A stretch of DNA of 64,000 nt from Antedon mediterranea (GCF_964355755.1 NC_092672.1:36152437-36216436), one strand, 5' to 3'. Counted from the first letter of the stretch, positions 41,385 to 55,600 are shown. Notes: a model not told the origin generated them from the letters alone. Numbers and translations are program-made.

Positions 41385-43570
41385 GTTGTACCAGATACGT
41401 AACGCTAATAATTAAGATATTGATATGATATACTGCAGATGACCGTTGTCCACTTCATCTGTAAGCAGTGTTACAAATAAACTTTCTTCCTAAATAATTA
41501 GCGATGTATGTATGTAGGCCTACGTATAGTTTTTCTTCCGTGGAAGATAAGTAAGTAATGGAAGCAAATCCTCACCTTGGTATAAATTTTATCCGTGTTT
41601 TAGAAATATAAAGTATTGTGCTTCCAAGGAAGTGTTTTTAAAACCACTATATTTTGAGTTATTTTATTTCCTGTTCTCTGTGACCGAAGGTACACACTGT
41701 TATAATAATATCATTTTACTTCCGGTTGTGTGTCTTATTGGTTATCCGCAAGGTATTGTGGATAACGCAATTGTGATTGTCAGGATATTTTTTGTTCTTC
41801 TTCTTCTTTGTTTTGGCAGTCTCTCTCTAAACCTTGAAAACTGAACATTTTGTAACTTTACCAGAATAACGTACGCGTGATTTTATTAAAGCTTATGATT
41901 GATCATAAATTCTGAACTAAACGACATTTCTTAATGAAACTTGTTAAAAGTATACTTATAATATGGGGCTTTTTTTAATTATGAATGCGTGTAACATTTG
42001 TACCAACCGGATATTGTGACTTCATCATATTATTTTTCCTCTTTTGTACTAGTTAATCACATTTAATAGAGAGCATCGCGCTTATTCGTATTCCATGTTC
42101 TTTTTCAATCTATTGTCTTTCACATGTGTTACAAACATTTTAATTTATGACGTCATCATGTAAAAAAAATAGAATAACTTGGGTTACTTAATTTCATTTC
42201 AAAATTGTATCTATCGGATGTCGTAATATTATCAAATGGCCAGTTGAACGTCTATACCACGTTATTATACAAAATTGAGGACTGCAATTATCTTACCGTA
42301 CTCCGAAACATCAAATCAGTAAGACGTTTTTTCAATGAAGATGCTACATGTATGCTCGTTCATCTGGAATAGATTATTGCAATAGAGTTCTTTATTTACG
42401 GATTGCTTTCCTCATCAGCTTTTACTAAATATCACCGCTCATCTTGTTTCTCGAACACTACCGAAGGAACACACCCGAACATTTCACTCGTACATTCCAG
42501 CGTCTCAATTGGTTACCAGTGAAACATCCACGTTCATTTATTTGTTTTCAAATAATTATATTATTGAGAATTTGTATTCATGATTCACATTCTGTATTTT
42601 GAAAGAACGGATTAACACCTTTTTATTTTCGTCAGTTTACTTTTCATTCTTGCCCGTCAGTTTTCATAGCCTTAATAGGATAGAAGGCGCCTGATTCATG
42701 AGATGACAGAAACTTACTGAAACCATGGTTAGGGCGTATTGATAATCATGTTTGGGTATTGCATGGACTTTTCCTTGAATATCTTTCACAACATCTCGAA
42801 GTTTGTTTTGTCTTGTTTTTGCGCTTTAGCATTTCAAAACTATAGTAACCAATAAATATTAATCAATACGGTATCCCTAGAAAACCTATATCGTACGCCA
42901 TGAAAGTAATCAATAACACTATCAAACGATAGGCCTACTTAACCTTTCTGAAAACTTAATGAAATATTGAAAAAGCTGCTCAGGAACTGAAAACTATATA
43001 AATGCTTAGTTATTTTGTTTGCGTATAAGTAATAAATTATTTCCTCACAGCGCAAATACTGCCATGGTGTAAATATTCTTGTTACACTGCTTAGTATAGT
43101 ATTTATGTCCTTATAAAATAGTGAAAGATTGCAAATAATTTAAAGATGGTTGTAGAAGAAATCAAGATATGCCATTACATAGTTACGACTAGACTTTATG
43201 TCCCATTTTCATTTTATAAAATGTTTCTTCTTTTTACATCCAATATATAATGGAAATAAAAAGAACAAAAACATTTAGAGCGAAAGACTATACAAAAATG
43301 ATGCCGTGAGTAAATGAGTGTTAAATGTAAAAATGGAAATGTTTAAAATAAAAATAATACTTACAAAGGAAAGTAAGAATAAGAACGCTATTAACAAGAT
43401 GACGTCACCATAACGTACGTAGATTGTGACGTCATAACGTACGTAGACTTACCTGATGTTCCATCGAAGCACATAAATAAGAAAACTAGCAACTGACACA
43501 AAAGCTGCAGAGCTACAAGTTGCAAAAATAGTGTAAAGAGTATATGAAGTCATAATATACGTAGACTTAC

Positions 43571-44616
43571 CTGATGTCCCATCGGAATGCATAAATAAGA
43601 AAACCAGCAACTGTCAGAAAAGCTGCAGAGCTGCAAGTTGCAATGATGGCAATGATTGTGACGTCATAGCATCTGAGAGATTCTGCATCGAAATTCATTA
43701 TTGTTATATTTTTCTTGTGACATACAGCGTCATCAAGATCTGCTAACACAGCGTCAGTTTGATTAAGCCACTGACGAAACCATACTAGGCTACAATCGCA
43801 GCTCAGAGGATTGAATGCAAATCCAAAACCATGTAATTTAGTTAAATTCTGAATTCCAACATCTTTACTAATCATTCTTATTTGATTGTTGTGTATAAAA
43901 AGATAGGAAATGTTTAAAGAATCTATAAACATGTTATCTTCCAGATTGGTAATAGAATTACGCGAAAAATCAACGCTCTGTAGAAATCTGTGATTTCTGA
44001 ATATATCAGCAGGTAAACTTATTAGCTGGTTTCCACTTAAATAAACTCTAGTCAAGTTAACGCAATTTTTAAACACTCCACTTTGTAAAGTCTTTACAGC
44101 TGAATATCTAATGTAAACATTTTCTAGTGAAGTTAACTTTAAAAACCAAGCTCTTTGTATGTGAGAAAGAGCTCGATTATAATCCAAGTATAATATAGTG
44201 AGTTTAATGAGATTATTAAACGAATCATCGTCTATACTGCTGTACTGTAAGATATTTCCTGTCAATACTAAACTTTCCATTTCTCTAAAGTCAGCTAATT
44301 CTTTAGCATTAATTTCACTAATATGATTGTAAACGAAATGTAAAGAGGCAACGTCGACTGGAATATCATGGGTGGGAATGCGTTTGAAGTTGTTCCAATC
44401 ACAGCTAACATAATGCCTTGAATATAAAACTCGGCTGTGGGTCGTGTAAAGGCAGTATTGACATACACATTCGTGCGGGCACACCGTTGTATTCCGCGAT
44501 TGAGTTCCGTTAATTCTGAGCGGATTGTATGGCGTACCGGCGGTACACGTGGATGTGGAAGGTACAGCAATTACAGACAGAGTAAATACACAAAACAGAA
44601 TAACTTTAATATTCAT
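43571..44616 (-). CDS. V13: 5'-most LRR ectodomain + TM cassette
   Basis: ATG at 44616; divergent LRRNT; phase-2 donor. Confidence 0.9.
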
Positions 44617-45382
44617 GTTGATAATGTGTGCTTTTATTATCAAGTGGAGTTACGTTGGGTTGGAGACCATGGAGGTTGACATCACCTTGACAATTGAAGA
44701 CAGAGGCTACTTACAGTCAAATTGTCTGGTCAAAATTGTACTAGGCCTATATAATCTCTGTTGTTCCGTTGAAGAAAAAATATGGTTGAAATTATCAAGT
44801 AGAACTGACTTTAAACCTAAGCCTAAGAAAACAATGCACTTCAACACATAGGGCCTACAGAACATTGTTCACTCTATTAAATATTTCTATCTTCTAATAC
44901 TTCGACAGAACAGCATTTAACCTTTAAAACACTGGACGTTTATTATTTTTATTACTTTTCCTATAGCTAAATGAAGAATAATAGGCGAATCAAATTCTTT
45001 ATTCATCACACGTACGTGGGGCAATTTAAAAAGCAGCAGATACTTCCCGTTATAAACGGGTAATACTACTAATGAGTTTGAAACAAAAAACTGGTTCAAC
45101 CAAATTGTTTCTCTTTCTGTTTATTGCTAATTGATAGTAAGAAGTAATTAAATTAATTTGCTAATGGTTTAAAAGTACAACAAAAAACAAACAATACAAA
45201 GATCGCGCGCTTAATTTGCACACGCGAAGATTGCGCGTAGTTAGTTACAACGCACACACAATTGTTTGTTATGGTAACGGTTAAGTAAGAGTTTATTATA
45301 ATTCAATGATGAATATTTCTAGCACCAATAAGAACTCAATTTTATTATTTTTAAAGTTTAAATAAAATTGCTTTAAGCCAAA

Positions 45383-47006
45383 ATGCGGAGATTAAATAAA
45401 GCGTCTGAGATATCGTGGGCTATTGCGTTAAGTTGTTGCGTCGGTGTAATAGCATGTAGTAGTTTCGTGCGACTATTCACTACTGAAGATAACGCTATGG
45501 AAGCTGCTTTTAATATTTTACAATCGTTACCAAGTGGGTACAGCGAATGTGGATCAAACTTTACTTTATACCAGATAACAGACGGTTCTACTTTCGTGAA
45601 AATCACAATGAACAGAAATTGTGATCAGGCGAAGTTAAAAAGTTGTGAAGTTTTACAAGGAAAGGAGGCGATGGATTTGGTGCAGACTTTACAGCAATAT
45701 ATTATCGAAGATGAGGCATCAGAAAATGCAGTCGCGTTGCTTGGAAATAAACGTGAGTTTCAAGTCTTGCTACAGGCATGTCAGCAATTGATGCGATTAG
45801 AAGGTGTGTTAACCAAGCTAGATACAGATATGTCGCTTATTAGGAGAGCAAGATATTGTAAAGACGAACCAAGGTAAGCTGATGAATTGAATTAGTTAAC
45901 AAGTTGAAAAAATGATGATTCGTCATGCTTTCTTTATACAGACACTTAGCCTAGTCTACACCTAGCAAACTTTTGTTTGCGAGTTCATCAAGAAGTATTT
46001 TCAAAGTTTACCAACTGCAAATTGCAGAAAACATGTCTACATTGCATTGGCAACAAGTTTGTAGAGAAGTCTACATTGGCAAACTTGTGTTTGCAAACTC
46101 GAGAAATCTCCAAGTTTTTAGGCTAGACTTTAACAATACAAATAAATGACACCACCTTTTATACATTATCAGTTGTAGAAACCCAACAAGAACTCGGGAA
46201 GGTTTTCCAATGATAAATGACGGTAAGACACCAATAACCATAAAGGAAGTCGCCAGTATACATGTGGAAAATGAAATCTCGTTCAACCCAATGTTTGGTG
46301 GAATCTACCCAGGAACATTGTGGTGTGGTGTCGGAAACATAGCCGATGATGTTTACACTCGACTTGGTAAGAAAAAAAGCCGATTATTAGCAAAACAAGC
46401 GCTCAGCTCCCCACCCTGGTCGTTTTTAGAAGAAGTACTGTTGCCGAAAAAAGTTCTCGCTGCAGATTCAGTACAACTCTGTATCATTGCGCACTTTTTC
46501 ATATTAATTAGGCCTATGTGTATACGGTGTTTCGATGGTGGGACATCACGTTATTAAATAAATTTGACACCATTACACATATGCCTACAGTAGGCCTAAG
46601 ATCTTTCTTTAGATCTGTATCGTTACGTCCCTTTTTTATTTTACCGCCTTTTTTGTTTTACCGCCTTTTTTGTTTTACCGCAGGTGTACATGCAAAAGCA
46701 GACGAATGTTGCAGATCACACGACCTTTGTAAGCCGACAATTCGCAAGTTCCAATCTCGCTATCAACTTTACAATCCAACTCTATTGCGCATGAGCCATT
46801 GCTCGTGCGATCGAGAATTCTACAACTGTTTAAAACGCGCCCAAACCGACGCAGCCGCCGACATAGGTGACCTTTTCTTCAACACACTTCGTTTAAAGTG
46901 CTTCGAGTATGATTTTAAGGAGACGTGCACGTGGACGGCGTTTGGTGTGTGCTTACATAGTCAGCCAAAGTGCGCTGCTAAAGTCGGAAGGATTACGGAT
47001 TTCTAA
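45383..47006 (+). CDS. Group III (bee-venom-like) secreted phospholipase A2; exons 45383-45873, 46173-46366, 46684-47006
   Basis: IYPGTLWCGVGN Ca-binding loop, DECCRSHDLC catalytic His-Asp, SHCSCD..FYNCL. Exon phases are compatible with GT-AG introns. Confidence 0.9.
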
Positions 47007-47422
47007 CATTTTCAAACAATCACAATAAATACACTAATTTAAATAAATACGAACTTTATATCACCAATGTTTTTTTATTACAGTATTATATTTCGTAAAA
47101 ATATACCTTTTCTTTTACTGTACATAAAATATGTCAAATATAAATTTACTAAGTGCGCATGTGTATTGTTTTATTGGTCAGGAGATTTATTTGTTTAGGT
47201 CAAATTAATGTTTTTGTAAAGTTTTAAAAACTCTCTTTTAATTTAATAGTACTGTATAATGATTTATGGGTTTCTCTTTCTTTTTCGCTGAACATATTAA
47301 ATTTATGAACTTACTTTCATTTTGTTTAATTACCAAGTGAAAGTTTCAGTAGGTTTAATAAGAAATGGGGAAGTTTCCACGAATGTCCTGGATGAATTTG
47401 ACCTCTACCCTAAGATCAACCA

Positions 47423-49112
47423 TCAGTCTGTTTTGTAAGGACACATGTCTGCCTTTGGATCACAGTTCTCGTATTCTTTGAGTAGTGGGTTGTTTAACTG
47501 ACTTTTTCTAATGCAAGCACAGCGATAATCAGTAGATCCTGCTTTGAACAGCTTACGAGGTACTCCGACCCAGGCACGGTTTATTCCACCACTAGAAATA
47601 AATAATATTAAATCAAAACATGTTATAAAATGTTGCCACTTTATGTTCCTATTTGATTATTGTTATGTACAGTAATACTAAATATATAATTATTTTTATC
47701 ATCTTTTTTGGTCTTTTTATTTTCCTTGTTTGTCAACATTTTTCTCGTTTTTCCTATTTCTATCGTTCCTGTTTTAAAGTGTTGAGGGCCTCATGCATGT
47801 CAGCCTCGGCTTATTAAACAAAGTTCAATTAAAAATTGGCTATTATTCAATGATATAGGAGGCAATCTACTGCAAATATCATGTAACATGATGAGTTATC
47901 ATGTGATATAATATCAATAAGTTTATCAAAGTATAACATCAATTTAATTGAAATCAATAGATAGTTTCACTTGCCTTTTCTTTGTACACCAAACTCTGCC
48001 TCCAGCTTTCTTCGTCCACTGAGAATTGCATGGTGGGAATTCTTTTTTTTCGTCTGCTTCACTTTTCTTCAGCTTCAAGCCACCATTGATCCTTTTTTCT
48101 GCATCTAGTAATGCTTCAGTAGCCTTGCCAGTCCCATCATAATACAAGCCTTCCAAAAGTCCTGTTTAAAATAAAGTCATTGGTTTTCTTATTTTAGAAG
48201 TGATTAAATACTTCAGTACATGGCTCCAAAAATATGGAAATGAGCCCATTGTTAATTATAGTACCTCATTTAATCAATGTTGGGGGTGGGGTGGTCCTTC
48301 TTCATAAGAAATGCTGTTTTTTCTTCCCACCACCATTCAAAATGGATCAATGCCCTTGCGTCTTATTCACTTTGACTGTGCTTTTGTCCCAATGATTTAT
48401 TAGCAGATCAGAACAATCTGCGACCAAGAAAGCCCATACACTTACCAACAAATTTATAGTCTTTTTCATAAAATTCTAACCATTCTTTAATACCAAGCAT
48501 ATCTTTTGGTGTTAGTTCACTTGTATCTTCAATCAAACCTTTGTTTGTGAAATCTCCACTGATAAAAGCTTTAGTACCATCCCTAGCTGAAGAAAAAGTT
48601 GATACAGTACACTCAAAATTAAATGTTGCTCTTAATTCAGCAAACAATCGAATACATATTTTCTTTAAATAAATAAAGGTAATTGAATTTCATTATTCTT
48701 TGATTCTTTTAATCAGAATGTCTTTGAATGTAGGCATACCTGCAAAGAAATCATAACCACCTCCCGGTCCATACTTTCGTCTGCCCTTTTCTACATCATA
48801 AACATGACCCATAATGGCCAAGTACAATCCTTTACTGCCTTCTGTTCCATCGTACTTTCCAAGCTCTTCTTTAGTTAATATATTACCATGTTGCTTACGA
48901 AGGATAAATTTGCTAACAATATTACTACTAGTACTAGTGCTAATACCAGAACTTTTTTCTGTCAAAAACTTGAATTTAAATAGATCTTGGAGAAGGTGTT
49001 TAAATTCTGTCAAGTTTGTTGGTAGACTTAATGTGCCCTTTGTAACATACATTCCAGTACCAACAGCCAAAGCCGTAACAATAAGAGTTATAATTACTCC
49101 TCTTACCGCCAT
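47423..49112 (-). CDS. CYB5D2: Neuferricin / cytochrome b5 domain-containing protein 2; exons 49112-48740, 48586-48446, 48161-47975, 47591-47423
   Basis: EELGKYDG..GLYLAIMGHVYDV..YGPGGGYDFFA, RDGTKAFISGDF, FPPCNSQW..GGRVWC, SGG..WVGVPRKL..RCAC. Confidence 0.92.
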
Positions 49113-49670
49113 ATCTTAATGTTAGACCTCCAGTAAAGGCAGGGCTTCGTCTGCCACCGTCTGCCAGCCTCTAGGCCTTAGCTGTTTTTTGAGTAAATAG
49201 TAGGATTATAGCACTGATCGTACCACCGGCGCTGACTGCTGAGCCCGATGAATGATGAGGCCTAGCTAGTAAAAAGTGTGTTTAAGTAGTATTCCGGCAC
49301 AGTAATTAATTAATTTATTTATAGCAGTATGTATAATATTAATTGGCATTCAGTAATTTTAATTTTCACCATGACTTGCACAAAAATGACAACAATAAAC
49401 AACCTTGGTGTAATCTCAATCTAAAAATCCATGGGCGCAGACATATTGTAGTCTTTTGTAATGTTATTTGTTAACTATTTTGCATTCATCTATTTTTAAC
49501 TGGTGAAAACCTAATAAATTTTATAAAAATATTATTTCATTTTAAGCAGTATTTTAATAATATATTTTATATTTCTTTGAATTGAGTTTGCTATGTATGC
49601 TTTTAAATAAAAAAAACTATCGAAATAAAGGTCACGTCATTCAGGGTCGGATTGACTATTTATAAAGAAA

Positions 49671-52600
49671 ATGGCAGATCAACATGTCGATTGGAAGTCT
49701 TCAGCTTTTCGTCAAAAGATATTGGCTGAAATGTAAGTCATATGTACAAACAAAATTATTAAGATATTGATTAGTATCTGAAATGAATAAAATGCAAGTA
49801 AAATTTAATTTGTAAATGTAGGAAACCAACTTTCTTTCCTTTTTCCGACGATGTTTTCTTCAACTCAGTCAGCTGTCTTGGTCGTTTCCTCCCACTAAAA
49901 TCCAACTGTTTGTCGGTAATAGATGCCTGTGTTAACCAGGCGCTAGGCCTAGACTAGGTAGTAGACTGTCAGTGCAGGGAGTTGCGCAATTTGATTCGAA
50001 ATACTGAATTAAAATTACGCATTATAATTTAATCACCATCATTATTATTTTTTATCCTTATTTAGGCCTATACTATTACTAGCCTAGGCTCTATACATTA
50101 CCGTATTAGTATTAGCCTATTAGTATTATGTATTAATTATTTTTTAACTATAATACTACAGTAGGCCGACACTTACAGTATTATTAGGCCTAGTAGTACT
50201 ATGGTATTAGTCTAGTTCCTACTACTACTAGGCCTATACTAGGCCTATTTAATATTATAGGATAAGAACGATTTCTCGGGAAAAAAAATATATATAGCGT
50301 ATAGGCCTAGGCCTAGTTCATAAGAAATAATGATTGTTTGATTTTATTTATAATATAAGAATTATTAAAAAACGATTTAATGTTATTTTTTTTATTATTA
50401 ATATTTAATTAATTAATTGGAGGTCAATTAAATAGTTCAAATCGTGCATATAGCATTAACTGATAAAAATAATGAAGTAGCATAGGAGCATGAAGTCGGT
50501 CGTATGAATTAACAATTGAAACTAATTCAAATGAACCTTGCTTAATAAATAGAGTCTTTTCCAAAATATAGAGAGGATGCCTTTCATAAGTCTGGAAACC
50601 CAACAGGACGATCAGCAATTGAAATGGAGCAGCATGTATTTGGTAAAGCAAATACAAAGGTATGAGTTCCATTGTTTTTATTTTATTTATTCATTTAGCA
50701 TTCATTCAACAATACATTTAAAATACATAACAAAAAATAAATACAAAAAATTTGGATTTAAAAATGTATAAAACCAAAGGATGACCCATAAAATCGACAA
50801 GTCAATTCCATGGGTGACAGTTTAAATGTGAACAGAGTTTTAAATGTTAGTCAGAATCAATTATATCTTTTGTTTGGCCTAACCTAATATCATTAATAAA
50901 TAATGTACAGTATATTAAAAGTCTAATTAAAATTGATAAATAATGTGGAAATACAGTGGAATTGACAATTTACTAACAAAAAGGCTGAGAAATGAGAAGA
51001 CATGTATAACACTAACAGTAGTTTACAAAGGTTTAAAATTCGAGGCCAATCATAATTTAAAGACACCTTCCCTACGTTTTTTAGATCTATTTTAAGATCA
51101 CAAACTATATTTAATGTAAAAATAATACTATATGGTCCTATTGCAATAACTTTTTTCGTCTTTAAATGATTAAAAATGTGAAAATAAGTTGATTCTAATA
51201 ATTATAGCGGCCAGCTATAAATCCCAAAATGCATTGCGCGCGGATTAATATTTCTGTTTTAATTTTCGATCGATCGTGAGGCCAAAACAAATGGAAGACT
51301 CATAACTTTTCAGCGAAAATACTGGGTTTTCCCCAATTTGTATCAACGGAGTCTGGCAAAAATAGAAAGACAATTAATGCAGCAACTACACAACGTCAGG
51401 CTAGGTATATAGCTAGCGTACGATGTTCGTACGTTACCGATGTTTACCAGCTAGGCCTACAAAACAAAGCCTAGCTTTTTACCACAAAACGTAGATTTAA
51501 GACAAGGAATGACCTGGTTTAATGTTTTTAAAGTAATATATATAATATATATGTATTATTTTTACAAAACGTTACAAATTGTAGGGAAGGTGTCTTTAAT
51601 ATTTTAGTAGATTTAGTATATAAATACACCGTAATCAAAAACAATGATTTTGTATAAACTGTATGTTATGGTTTTGGACATTTGATCTTTTTAAATTGAT
51701 ATCTTTAGTTGCTGGAGTACTGTAACTAGTATTAACACAATTGGATATCTTTAAAGGTACATTCAAAGCCAATTTTAGTTTAAACTGTTGCCAAAGCGTA
51801 CTCTCCCTTTAATCCACAAGGAAATATGACATGCTAATGTGTTGACACAGGAAGACTATTATTGCTATAGGCATCCTTAATAATACCAATTTATATATGA
51901 AAAACACAGTATATACAGTAGTATTACTATATTTTACTGTGAGTGGTAAAGACAGGTTTATTCAATTTATAAACATACAGTAGGCCTTTTTTTAATTCAC
52001 TGGACGGTAAGTTATATTCTAGTTCAATAACTAAACACATTACAAGCAGAAACCACTTAATTAAGCAACAACCCAATTAATTAATTAATTCTGTGCATTC
52101 TAACCCAATTACGTGAATTCTATTTTTAATATTATACCTCTTCTGGAAGTGATTCAGTGTCAGATCTTACCCTCCAACCTTCTCTTCCGTACAACCAGGT
52201 TATCTGGACACTAGTGGCATTGTGGAATAAAGAGATCAAATCTTAAAATGTAGTGTTTTTATCTTGGCATGTTGCCAACATGTGAGTTATTCTATTTAAT
52301 ATTTTGTAATTTTGTTTCCTCTTTTATTTAATACAGGAAGAATACTTGGGTTATGTTGCAAAAGTTATTATCAAAGTAAAAGAATTACGTAAGTTTAGTT
52401 TTTTCTTTGTATTTGTTTATTGTTACGTTACTGATGTTCTTTTACTTTAGTGTTTAGAATGTCAGTAACCAAAATCCAACCTCATCAGACCGTACCAGAC
52501 AACTGGTAAAGCACTGTATTAAATGGAATAAGCCTAACTAGCTATAGAATAGATTCTAGATTCATTGTACTTATATATGAAATAAAGCTTGGTTTTCATT

Positions 52601-55600
52601 AGGATACTCAAAACAATCAATTTGACCAATCACAACCAGTGGATTATTTAATTGTCATTGTTCAATCACTTTTGTTGCTCATAACTCTTTGCGTTGTGTC
52701 CAAATAGAAACCAAGCTTAAAAGCAATACTATATATATATATAGTTAAGATCAAATAAGTTAAAACTGCCTCAATATAGATTTATTTTAACGACATGTTT
52801 CGGGCATAGCCCATCATCAGGTGAAAAGAATTGTTACAATTCTTTTCACCTGATGATGGGCTATGCCCGAAACATGTCGTTAAAATAAATCTATATTGAG
52901 GCAGTTTTAACTTATTTGATCTTGATTTTTTTCTATATCCTGCCTATGCAGCTCTTTGATTTATATATATATATAGTTATGTATTAGTAATTAGCACTAT
53001 TCTGTTGATAACAATCGCAACATTTATTTATTTAATTTAGGACTGAAAATGCAAAATGCGCAACAAGGACAGGCAAATGTTGCGATGCGTGTCGGAACAC
53101 CAGGGTTGCAGCAGCAACAGTTGACACAGCAGCAGCTGCAACAACAGCAACAGCAGATACAGATGTTTAAACAGCAACAAATGCAGCAACAAGTTAGTAG
53201 ACCGCTCCTGGATTACTTTAAATTTAGTGAGTGAGTGAGTGGCCGAGCGGTTAAGACAGTGGAACCGTAATTACGTAGCCATAACATCGGCAAGGGTTCG
53301 AGGCTCACTCGCTCCATGGTTCTGGTGGTAGAACGAGTCTTCTTGGATAAGGACTATAAACCGTAGGTCCAGTGTACACATAGCTCATGTGCACTTTAAA
53401 GAACCTAGTACATCTTTCGAGACGAGTAGGGGGCTACCCCGGTGTACTAGTCCACACAAACACAGCCACTATCACACACAGAAACTGTGCAATTGGGACT
53501 GGACCGTTTTAGAGGTGTTTACCACCTGTTGGTCCCGATCCTTCACTAACAGTGTTAGTGAGAAGTTGAATAAATAAAAAAAATAAATAAATTTTAAAAT
53601 TTTTTGAAAAAGGGAGAGTGGGTGTAAATGTAAAAGTTGCTCTTTTTTTACACATTTTATGGATTTGCCAATAAAAAATAAGAAAGACCATTCCCACTCT
53701 AAAAATATTGTAGAGGTGAGGGGTCGCCACTAGTATCTATATACCAGTGGAAACACTAAAAACTTTAACGAGTAAAATGATCCTGTGAAGGTGCTAAGTT
53801 GCCTCTAGAACAAGTACACATTTACACTGCCAAGGTAAAAACATTAGCGTTATCTTAGCATTATCATTTATTTTGTAAAAGAGATAATAGACAAATCGGT
53901 CAGCTTGTTCAAAACCTAGATTTAATAATTATTAAAATAAACTTTACCTTTATATATCATCATACAGTATTTCTCTTTCCATAGAATTCCATTACTTATT
54001 TTTTCAGGGATTAGGACAACAACCAATTGTTATGCAGAAACAACAGCAACTACTACAGCAACAACAGCAGCTTCAGCAACAACAGCAGCAGCTGCAACAG
54101 CAGCAACTGCAGCAGCAGCAGCAACTACAACAACAGCAACAACTACAGCAGCAACAACAGCTTCATCAGTTCCAACAGCAACAGCCGCAGCCCATAAAGA
54201 CTACATACGCGCCACCAACACCCCAGCAGGTTAGTATAAACAAGAAGGAAATAAATACTCCATGATCATAACAACATGGTTGTATTGTTAATTGTAGTGT
54301 TATATTGATTTTATTAACTTTTATTTGAACTGTGTATAACCATAACTATGAAACATTAGCTCATGTGATTTGCAAAACTTAAGCTCTATCACTACACTAT
54401 CAAATTTTATTTGACAAAAAAATGTGATGTGCCCATATATGGACATGATGATGTCATATCACTACCATATTTAAGCATATCACTACATATTTGGACACAT
54501 CACACTTTTTTTGTCAAACTAGCTTGATAGTTTAGACAGAGCTTTAGCCCATGTATTTTTCAAATACAGAATACATTTATTTCCCACTGAAGTAACATAA
54601 TAATATATAATAATTATAAAATGATATTTAAAGAAAAAAAAAATTGATGTCACTGTCTTCTGTTTATTTATGTTTTTTGTCATTAAAACAGTACCAAACA
54701 TTCATATTAATATTTTAAGAGTTATACAGTCAACTCTCCCAATACCGGACACTTTGAGCTGGCCTAATATTTCTGGGCTTATTCAAGTTCCTCCAGCATA
54801 AGTACATTCTACTATAAAAAAAAACTCTCATGTTATTGCACAATGACATATCTTCAGGTTTTCCAGAAAGTCTGATATTCAGAATGTGTTTTGGGACCCT
54901 TTGGTCTGGTTTTGGGAGAGTTTCTGGTTTTTAGAGAGTCCGGTAGAGTTGACTGTAGTAATAATAATGTTTTGTTATTGTGCACAATATTAACTCTCAT
55001 TAAGCTACTTTAACATTTGACCTTTGACATTATCATGTGTTTAAATTATAATGAAGTAATTATAAAGTACATAAAAAGTGCTTGTAAGTAATTGTTTTAT
55101 TGTTCTAATACTCTGTTATATTCAGCAGCGACCACCAGCGTCTCCCTTTAACCAAGTTTGGGGGTCACCAAAGGTCAGTAGTCCCACTTCCTGTCCATGT
55201 TGCTAAGCAACTGTAATGCTAGTTTGCATCATTGAATTTCAATTGTATTGCATGGGTTCTGGTTGAATTGCATGCATTGAGTAAAAGAGGAGAAAGGGAG
55301 ATTACTTAGTACAGTTCTTTGTTTAATCCTACTCAGTATTTAGCTTAATCCTACTCAGTATTTAGCTTAATAGAAGAATGGGAATAGAGAAATTAGTCAT
55401 ATAAGGAGGGAAGTTTAAATATGATCTAAAAATGAAAATTGTGATTCAAATGGCTTAAATACAAATATTTTTTGTTTCATTTTCGCATTCTGTTGGAAAG
55501 ATTCATTAGTGTACTATTTCGTACATACTTTAATGCATGTATATGAAGTATAAAAAGTAATTTGGGTTTTCCTTTTCTGTATATTGACCGTCAAAACTCT

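Noticed and set aside
53227-53310. tRNA gene
   Set aside because: A and B boxes are present but I cannot fold a convincing cloverleaf, and it continues into a SINE body that has a second dispersed copy.
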